The position numbers and the translations under genes are program-made. From Camelus dromedarius (lineage: Eukaryota): a stretch of DNA of 64,000 nt. The notes under the pieces were generated by a model. That model did no database searches and was not told where the DNA came from. It worked only from the letters and a program-made list of their open reading frames with translations. Where the stretch lies: contig NC_087436.1 in NCBI RefSeq assembly GCF_036321535.1, forward strand, positions 42,968,001-43,032,000, given 5' to 3'. The stretch's first letter is position 1; every line of letters begins with the position of its first letter. Shown piece by piece: positions 1 to 64,000 of this stretch.

Positions 1-333
1 GCAGCAAGAGCCTGAAGAAGTCTGGTACTTTATTAAAACTTACTTGCCTACACTCTAGTTCTTGCAGACTTAACCTAATTTCTTCCAAGTTCTGGATATG
101 AGTCTTTGCTAATTTGCATGGCTGGCTTAATTAATAAATTAAATATTGGTTTAGGCTGTGTTTACCCAAGGTCAAAACAACCTACAGAATTGACTAATTC
201 AGTAAGAGGAAAAAAAGTAGCCAATTTCATGAAAAAAAAAAAAAAATGAAAGTAGTTGTTAATGTAGAAACAAAACCAGTTTGATTGACTGGTTTTAGAT
301 TTTTCAGACAATTGTTTTGGCACTTGTAGAGTC

Positions 334-626
334 CATTGTTTCCCAGCTTTTTTCAATCTGAGGCACATCTCTGAATTTGCCGGGTCTTATCCCGAGGTAA
401 GGAGATGAACCACTCTCCCGAATATATATTCCAATCCGGACATACATTCATCCAGATACCTGGGGATGATAGACTTCACCATATTAATTAATTAGCCTCC
501 TTTTCCTAACCATCTTCTCCCTTCATCTCTTAAAATCCACAGAGGTGGCCCAGGGAAATTTAAGACTGTCCTGGTGCTTATTTTCAAAGTACCAATGTAT
601 CTCGATGCCCTGGTTGGGAAACAGTG
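334..626. mobile_element. Non-autonomous hAT-Charlie-type DNA transposon relic
   Basis: Imperfect terminal inverted repeats cattgtttcccagc ... gttgggaaacagtg, with tgtaga on both flanks as a degenerate TSD. Confidence 0.5.
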
Positions 627-1429
627 GTGTAGACACAGCCTTATTCCAAGTCTGAGTTATCAGTCCTTGAGTAACAATAAATACCTAAGAAAATAAAATG
701 TGTCTTTCTTACAGTATTCTGAGATGTGAAAATAAATATATAAGTAATGCTTTGAATCACAGTTTGAAGACATATCAATTATTTTTAAAAATTGGCTTAT
801 GAAAAAAAGCCGACTATAACATTTGGCAAATAATAGTAGACTCTTTCTGCCTTTAAGAATAAACAGATTCTTAAAGACAGCAATTTTAATACAGAATTCA
901 GAGTAAGACTCAAAAATTTGTATGGAAATTGTTTGGAAACACAGAGGAGTCAAAATCACTACATTTGGGTCCAAACTGTTGAAGTCAACTAGGATTTAAT
1001 TTGCACAGTTTCATTTGCCAAATGTCTGTAGTTTGGTCCAACTCTTGTTATCATTTTGCCAAGTTTCCTTCTGCTGAAAATGTCTGCTCTGTTAGGCTTC
1101 TAAGCCAATGTCTGTGGCCAAGTCATGCAGCCCTTGGAAGCATGTGAGCAGGTCAAGACAGGTGCGCCCCTTCGTTGGATTTCTCCCTAAGTGAATTCTC
1201 TCTTCAGCCCAGTATCTCTCCAGTGCATTTATGCATCTGTCTGAAGCCTGCACACATGATCATTTGTAATCATTTTCTAACTACATTTTCCCTGGGATTT
1301 AGGAATGAAAGTCTCCGGGAGAGAGGACAGTGCATGACTTTTTTTTTCCCTCCCTATCGTATAAAATGCTAGTTTTGAATAGTCACTTAAAATCGGTTCT
1401 CACTTCAGTCTTTCTTTTTTTCTTTCTGA

Positions 1430-1543
<114 letters not shown>

Positions 1544-2959
1544 TAGAGGCCCTCCCTCTCCTGAGCAACTTGTTCTTTTCTGGCTCCAGGCACATCCCAC
1601 TTCCTAACCAAAACTGGATGGAAATGTTCATTTTGACAAGTTGACTAATTTTAAGATATTGGACCATTATAAGTACCTAACATTCCTGACATGAAAGGTA
1701 TATAGTGCAGAAATAATTTAAGGGAAAATATAATAGAGCAATAACACATAGACTTTTAAGTTAAAGGATGGGTAAAAAATGGATTATGTACTGAGAATAG
1801 TAGGAGGATTGCAAATATTCTAAGATTACTTTATTTGAGAGAAAACCGATTGTTCACAGACAGCCTCGCTTGATGCCAAAAACGCCTCTGTAAGTAGTAG
1901 GTACTCAGGAAATACTTGCAGAATATTTTACATATTTTGTGATGAGCAAATTAAAGTTTTAAAAATATTATAAGGTATATACAGAAAGATTTATGTCTGT
2001 GTGTGTGTTTCATCTTCTATTCTCCAAAGTGCCACTTTCTTCTCTGCAATTTTGATGATTTTCAAATTTCTATATGATCAAATTACTGTTTCCTTGCAAT
2101 TAAGGAAGAGGTTAACTCTAAACAAATTTTCAAATTATAGCATTTCTTACCAGGCTTATGGATTGTTTTGATATTTAGCCTGAATACATTATTTCACTCA
2201 CTGATTTTCTTCTGCCTCTCTTTCCGCCATTTCCCAATTTCAGCCCATTTTTCATGTAGTGTCCTGAATATAACCACTCCCTATAACCCCAATCTCGCCT
2301 CTTTTCTGACTTTCAGTTTGTTGAGATTAGCTAAATCTTTTAAATGTCCTTCACTTTGAACAACAACAAAGAGAAAGAGAGCTCAAAAAGTGCTTACTTC
2401 TTTTGTTTTACACACAAATGCTTCTCTGTATCCCTAAACACACAAATGTACTAAAATGTACACAGAGCTCCCAGGATTCACCATCTCTGATTGGCCCCCA
2501 CTAGTTAATGGGAGTGGCTGGTGGGGCAGCCTTGTCAGTCTCCCCTACAGGCAGCCTAACTGAGGACCTCATTTTCTGCTGCCTATCCTGTTTCAGTAGT
2601 ACCTGACCATTATCCTTGTCTGTGATATCTTTCCAGTTTCATACTGCCTTTTACAGTAAGGCTCTCCCTAAGCACCAGGTGAATTCAGTACTTCCAAATT
2701 TGGCATTTGGTTTGTCATATTTTGACATATGAGTAAGCTTGTTCTTGTTAACTGCAAACTGAAAGAAGGTAGGACCTAGAATTAGTTCTATAAATCTGAG
2801 ATTCAGAGAGAGGTTTTTATCCTATGAAAAGGTATGGTTGACACAGATAAAGAATATGCAGTGACAGGAATCGGGGTCCAACAGAAAGTAGCAGGGCTGT
2901 CACAGAGATGGGCAGAGCAAATCACTGAAGATGCATCAATTAATTAGGAGGTCCTCCCC

Positions 2960-3470
2960 CTCGAGAAGCTCACACTTTCATATCAATAAGTATTTACCAT
3001 GCAGTGTGGGAGCACCTTCACAGAGACATGAGGGAGGTGCTCTGGAGCACAAGAGAGGAATTATGAAGTTCTGCCTCTGGTTGAAATTTCAGTCATTGGG
3101 ATGAGTCTTCTGCCTTCCTAGTGGCTGAATGAGAGGTTTATTCACAGACATTCAAGGAGATGGGATCAGCACATGCAAAATCTCAGAGGCATGAAACAAA
3201 AAATTTGTTACAGCTAAAGTATAAAGTATACTGAGATGAGTGGTAGTTAATGAGATTTTTGTCCTTTTGAATAGTTTGGCTTCTATCTTAGACGTTTCAG
3301 GGATCTGGTAAAAATTTAAGTAGGAAGGGACGTACTTGGGTTTATGTTATGTGATGATGATTTTGGTCGCAGTGTGGAGGATGGCTTTGAGGGTAGCCTT
3401 AGGACAAGGAGCCAATTAGGCTAAGGAAGTAGTTCAAATTATGCATTAAACAGCTTGAACGGAGGACTAT
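2960..3470 (-). mobile_element. Degraded L2 LINE fragment
   Basis: Purine-rich antisense L2-like wording (ggagcacaagagagg, ggcttctatct, gcagtgtggaggatg); boundaries approximate. Confidence 0.45.
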
Positions 3471-3879
3471 ATAGGAGCAAGCAAGTTCCAGGTAACAAGC
3501 CTCTAAACTCTAAGAGTCTGTTTAGGGGAAATTGGAGCCCCAGAGGCTGGTTTCAAAGATAGAACTCTAGTCCTGTCTAGAGCAAAGCAAGAACCCTACC
3601 TCACCCACCAAAAAAGAGGGACTTAGGCTCAGGGATGCAATTCCCAGGACTGTATACAAGATGACGATTGGATACCAGGAGTAAGACAGAAGCTTTATTG
3701 TCAGAGCTGAGGCTGAAATTTAACATCAACACTTGGATGATACTTACAAGAGGGTTGGCGTGAACTCCTGAAATCTATTCCGTTTTGGTGCTCTATGTTT
3801 TATCTATTCTGCTAGATCACAAGCTGTTTGAGTGACTGTGTGCAGGGAAAAGTTTCTGCTTTTTCATTTAAAATACTTG

Positions 3880-4060
3880 AGATTATATCCTGGCTCTGAT
3901 TCTCCATAGCTGTGACACTGGGCAAGTCATTTAAGCTCTGTGAGGTCAGTGTCCTCTTTGTAGATGAAGATAATAAACACTCCTTCACGGGGCTGTTACG
4001 AGACTAAGTGAAGTAGTCCAGTGGAACATGCCTGGGCTGTGAAAGCTGTTCAGTAGGTTT
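3880..4060 (+). mobile_element. MIR SINE
   Basis: MIR core tcctggctct...gctgtgacactgggcaagtcatttaagctctgtgag..cagt. Confidence 0.75.
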
Positions 4061-7000
4061 TCAAAAACATCTTGGTATGAAACACATGTCGCAGTACTTT
4101 GCCCACACAGTGAACGTTGTTGAGTGAATGACCAGTTATCAGGCTAGTGAAAGCAATAGTGTCCAAACAGAAGTACACAAAATTTCAAATTGTGGTAATT
4201 CGTTTCTCAAAGCAAGCTGGTCCCAGAGAAACAATGACAGATGGAGAGTAAAATTCACATTTTTTCTTCAGTATGATGGTGTCAGTTAAGTTCTTGCTAA
4301 AGTATCTATTAGAGTAATGACTTTAAGAGGTACATTTTAAATTCTAAGAAAATTTAGCATTTCAAAAGTGTTCAAAAGAAACACATAGTTTCTAAGCTTA
4401 AGAGAATGTGTTTCCTTTTTTTTTTTTTTTTTTTTGCTTTTTTTAAGCTATTTTTTAAAACTTAATGTACTCAAGTTCAAGCAAATTCTCGTGGTTACCT
4501 ACCTAGGGAAAAGAAGTGGGCATGTGGTGTACTACATTTCTTTGGGGGATATTACCTGACATATTCTAGGTTTTAGGAGTAAAGGCATGTTTTAGTGTGA
4601 ATGACTTGTTTTTATATTCAGTGTTATCTGCCATCGTAGTCACATGTATTTGATTAATTTTACCTTTTAAAATATAGTATCGTTGAGTGTGGAGCCTTTT
4701 TATTTTAATAAGACAAGAGCAGAACTCTTTCTTCATGATGTGTTAATGCCAGAGTTTCAGGCTTTTATGTAATTTTAATGAGTATAAGAGGTCTAATACA
4801 AATAAGAGAAATAAAGCCATTATAGAAGCTGTCTACTGTGTCTTATTATTTTTTTAATTCTCATTTTCAGGTTCAAATGTTTGCTTTTCCCATGTTACTT
4901 CTTCTGTCTCTCTGGCCCTGACCTCTCTGAATACCAGCCAAGAAGGCTAGAAGTAACACCCTGTGTCATTACACTTGTTAAGATGGCTAGAAAATTTACC
5001 AAAGAGAAATAGTCTGTTTCTCCTATGGGATTAGAAATGCTGTTTGCAGTACGCTTCTGGTTTTTTTGTTGCTGCTAGGAGAACAGGATAACTGCCGTGA
5101 TCTTACTTCATGGAAGAATGATTTTGCTTGGTTGCTATTATGTCTCTTTTTTAAATATTAAGGTTTTTTAATGACAGTATGTTGCAATGGATACATTTCC
5201 AACAGTAAGTAAGTCTGTTTTCTCTTTGTGTGATCTGTTCTGATATTGCTATTGGTTTTTCAGAACAAGAAACATGCTGTCTCTAGAGAAGGCAAGCCCT
5301 CATTAAACTCCCTGTTAACAGCATATATCATGATAGACTAGATTCTTAGGAGTTTAATCTCCTGCTAGAGAAGACCTTATTTATTTTACCTTCAGTGTTT
5401 CTGTATTCATATGGACATCTTGTGGAGTAAGCCTGCCGTTTTAACGTTCACGCATTTAGATGTGGGCTTCCATGTTCTTAGGAGTAAGGACCCTACTGGC
5501 TGCTGCAATGATAGTAGTGCTGAATATGAATGAGTGTGATGATATTCTCTTAGCATTTGAGTCTCCAGAAGAGGTAATAATTTATATTTAAGATCATCTT
5601 TTAATTTCTTACATAATGACTCACGTCCCTGTCTTTTCTACTAGATGCAATATCATTAACAGTTCCTATTCCAGGCCATGTAGTCTCCTGAGTTACTGAA
5701 GACATGAATTAAAGTTGACCAATTCTAGATAGAAGGGTATGGATTGTGTATAAAAGGGTAGTCAAAATTCAGAGAAAGAAAGGACTACTGAGAACTGTAG
5801 TTAGCTAAGGCGATCTCTAACATGGAAATGATTTAGAGCCACTCTCAGAGAAGGAAGGTAGGGGAAGAAAATTGAGGGTTCAAGGAATAGAAAAAGTATA
5901 ATCAAGGGTGAGAAGGACAAGTTTATTTTCAAGAGACTTTAAAGAGATTTTTAGGGTACATGCTCAGAAGAAGAAAGAAATGATGTTGGGTGAATGAAAG
6001 GGCGGTGGGGCAGGGACGAGAAGATAAATGATCTTCAAGTGCCAGCCAGGGCCTTGGTCTTTAATCTGGCCTCTGACATTGGTTTCTCATCGGATTCCCT
6101 TTGTCCATGATTCAGCTGGGGAGGAATGGTTGGAATGAGAGAGAGCAGGTACGGCAGATGGGAAGCACTGGGGAGCTCTTCAGGATGGCTGTGCCTATCC
6201 CCACCTCAGGATCAGCTGCCTCCACATCCCTCCTCCAGGTGATCTTGGTGCTGTAGGCAGGGGAGCCACCATTGTTGCTCAGTAACTCTCTTCACCTCAC
6301 ACCTGCCAAGCGAACATTTCTATTAAGTAAAGTGTGAGGTAGAGTTGGACCCACTGTGGTCCATGTAGGGCTTCAGCTATAACATGTGGGTCTTTTCTTG
6401 AAGTCCTTTCTCATTGTCCACCCATCCTCCTCTAAAACAAACAAGGAAAGGGAAAAGTAATGAAAATGGAAAAAATGAAATCCAAAATCCTTTGCCTCAT
6501 TTTCTAATATAATTTTCAGAGAAGTAACCATGCCTCTCTCTCTCTATATATATATATATACACACACACTTATTTTTAAGTACAAACTTGTCATGAGGAT
6601 GAGGGGAAAAGCTCTTTCCTTGGGCACTTTGCATCCCAGTAAATATAATATGCTTCATCAGTGATTTGTAGTTAGAGGAATTTCTAATTACATATCCTTT
6701 TAAGTATTTTTTCTTTCTTTTTGTGCTTTTAAACAAAACTTCCAAGTAGGAATAGTTATTTTTTGGTAAAGTAATTTTTTTTTATTTGAAAACTATTATT
6801 TTCAGAAGTAAGAAATCTTTTACTCTAGATTCTAGCTATAAGTTGTGATTTAAGTGTACCTTATTGGATTCTACACTGATTTATAGCATATGAAACTTCC
6901 TTTTGCCATCTGCCAACTTAATGTCTCTTACATTAAAAGTCTAGCTGAAACTTGCTCAATAGTGTTTTAACTGAATATTCCCAAGTCTTCTCTTTAGTTT

Positions 7001-7560
7001 CCAGTTACAAGTTCACACTGATTATTGATTTATTAGTACATGGTGAGCTCTTTGATATATTTTGAGGTTATTTCTTCTCCTAGAGAGTTCTTCAGTTACC
7101 ATTAGCACCACCCACCCATAGACCACCTCACTTTCAAAAATATTTACTAAAAATTTGCTTTAAATTTGTCCCTAGGATCTATGCTTTGAGTCTTATTTTA
7201 TGAATGACTACTTCTCATAGTAAAGTAGGTAGGCATCATGATAATTATCATCTTTTGCAGGGTTCTCACCCTATCTTCAGTTTTCTCCTAATTTCATGTG
7301 TTGGGGAGGATGTTCTGATCCCCTTCACAGGTTCAGTTTTAACTCCCATATAAGTCATTGCGAATCAGAACTGCTAACCAAGTGGCCTGAAAGTATACAC
7401 CCTGACCATGTGGCACAATGGATTGGCCTTCATATCTGGGAAGAAAGATGTGTTTTTTCTAATAAGCTCCAAAGCAGGACACATTAGTGTTGATTCTGTT
7501 ATGGAGAGAAACTCGACCCCATTATTTTAGTACTCTGAGAGCCTTGTTTTGTCTTGATGA

Positions 7561-61729
<54,169 letters not shown>

Positions 61730-61809
61730 GTACATTTACTCTAAATTTAATAACATGCCTTTTCCAACTGCTCTTTGAATTTCTCCCAAATTTGCAGATT
61801 CTTTGGTTC

Positions 61810-64000
61810 TTTTCTTTTTTGTTTTTAATATATTTTATTGAAGTATAGTCGGTTTACAATGTTGTGTCAATTTCTGGTGTGTAGCATAATGCTTTAGTCA
61901 TATAGGAACATACATATATTAATTTTCATATTCTTTTTAACCATAACAAGATATTAAATATAGTTCCCTGTGCTATACAGAAGAAATTTGTTGTTTATCT
62001 GTTTTATATATAGTAGTTAGTATTTGCAACTCTCAAACTCCCAATCTACCCCTTCCCACCCCCTCCCCAGCTGGTAACCATAAGTTTGTTTTTTACATCT
62101 GTGAGTCTGTTTCTGTTTCATAAATAAGTTTGTCTTTTTTTTTTTTAATTCCACATGTAAGTGATATCATATGGTATTTTTCTTTCTCTTTCTGGCTTAC
62201 TTCACTTAGAATGACAGTCTCTAGTTCCATCAATGTTGCTGCAAATGGCATTATTTCATTCCTTTTTAATGGTTGAGTAGTATTCCATTGTGTAAATGTA
62301 CCACAACTTCTTTATCCAGTCATCTGTCGATGGACATTTAGGTTGTTTCCATGTTTTGGCTATTGTAAATAGTGCTTCTGTGAACACTGGGGTGCATGTA
62401 TCTTTTTGAATTAAGGTTCCCTCTGGATATATGCCCAGGAGTGGGATTGCTGGATCAGATGGTAAGTCTATTTTTAGTCTTTTAAGGAGTCTCCATATTG
62501 TTTTCCATAATGGTTGCACCAAACCATTCCCACCACCAGTGTAGGAGGGTTCCCTTTTCTCCACAGCCTCCCAGCATTTATTGTTTGTGGACTTTTGAAT
62601 GATGGCCATTCTGACTGGTGTGAGGTGATTCCTCATTGTAGTTTTGATTTAAATTTCTCTGATAATTAGCAATATTGAGCATTTTTTCCTGTGACTACTG
62701 GCCATTTGTGTGTCTTCACTGGAGAACTGTTTGTTTAGGTCTTCTGCCCATTTTTGGATTGGATTGGTTTTTTTCTTATTAAGTCGTATGAGCTGTTACT
62801 GACAAGGGAAATTAAGCCCTTGTCAGTCTCATCTTTCGCAAATACTTTCTTCCTTCTGTAGATTGTCTTTTTGTTTTCTTTATGGTTTCCTTTGCTGTGC
62901 AAAAGCTTATAAGTTTAATTCGGCCCCATTTGTTTATTTTTGCTTTTATTTCTATTGCCTGGGTAGACTGCCCGAGGAGAACATTGCTAAGATTTATGTC
63001 AGAGAATGTTTTGCCTATGTTTTCTTCCAAGAGGTTTATAGTGTCTTGTCTTTAAGCCATTTTGAGTTTATTTTTGTGTATGGTGTGTTCTAACTTAATT
63101 GATTTACGTGCACCTGTCCAGTTTTCCCAACACCATTTGCTGAAGAGACTGTCTTTACTCCATTGTATGTCCTTGCCTTCTTTGTCAAAGATTAATTGAC
63201 CAAAAGTTTGTGGATTTATTTCTGGGCTCTATTCTGTTCCATTGATCTATATGTTAGTTTTTGTTACCAGTACCGTGCTGTTTTGATTACTGTAGCTCTA
63301 TAGTATTGTCTGAAGTCTGGGAGGGTTATTCCTCCAGCTTCATTCTTTTTCTTCAGTAATGCTTTGGGAATTTTGGGTCTTTTGGGATTCCATATAAATT
63401 TTAGGATTATTTGTTCTAATTCTGTGAAAAAATGTCCTGGGTAATTTGATAGGGATTGCATTAAATCTGTAGATTGCCTTGGGCAGCATGGCCATTTTAA
63501 CAATATTGATTCTTCCAATCCATGGGAACATGGGATAGCTTTCCATTTCATTAAGTCATCTTTAATACAAATTATAGTTCTCCATGTATAAGTCTTTCAC
63601 TTCCTTGGTCAGATTTATTCCTAAGTTATTTTATATTTTTGGATGCAATTTTAAAAGGGATTGTTTCTTTACTTTCCTTTTCTGATATTTGTTAGTGTAT
63701 AAGAAATGCCACTGATTTCTTTAAGTTAATCTTGTATCCAGCTACCTTACCAAATTCTTTTATTAGCTCTAGTAGTTTTTGTGTGGAATCTTTAGGGTTT
63801 GCTATATATAGTATCATGCTATCTGCATATAGTGACAGTTTTACCTCTTCTCTTCTAATTTGGATCCTTTTTATTTATCATTATTACTATTTTTTGTCTG
63901 ATTGCTGTTGCTAGGACTTCCAATACTATATTGAATAGAAGTGGTGAGAATTGGGCATCCTTGTCTTGTTCCAGATTTTAGGGGGAAGGCTTTCAGCTTT
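61810..64000 (-). mobile_element. Young antisense L1 (3' UTR plus ORF2 C-terminus) running out of the window, disrupted
   Basis: ORF2 peptides [12 protein letters not shown]...WKQPKCPSTDDWIKKLWYIYTMEYY and [24 protein letters not shown] in different frames. Confidence 0.95.

Noticed and set aside
62256..63914. Minus-strand ORFs
   Set aside because: Frameshifted L1 ORF2 C-terminal remnants.

Overview
Mammalian genomic DNA containing an internal 64 kb slice of CAMK2D (Ca2+/calmodulin-dependent protein kinase II delta) on the + strand. A Vic-1-like tRNA-derived SINE suggests a camelid. Twelve coding exons have canonical AG/GT boundaries and consistent phases (exons 8-19 in conventional human numbering). 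They cover the kinase C-lobe, the regulatory segment (Thr287, Met281/282, CaM-binding), the three cassette linker exons 14 (NLS), 15 and 16, and the start of the hub domain. The start and stop codons lie outside the window. Introns hold L1 fragments (mostly antisense), L2, MIR, MER5/hAT, a solo ERV1 LTR, microsatellites and a chimeric U6-L1 retrocopy. I found no CRISPR array, prokaryotic feature or second protein-coding gene. The best leads concern RNA processing and retrotransposition: a U6/L1 chimera, an apparently internally primed L1 insertion, an L1-derived recursive-splice/poison-exon layout before exon 19, a MIR-associated poison microexon candidate, inverted L1 pairs bracketing exons 10-17, and dense RBFOX/QKI/NOVA/MBNL motif clusters around the variable exons. 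Repeat family names are from recollected consensus sequences, not a database search.
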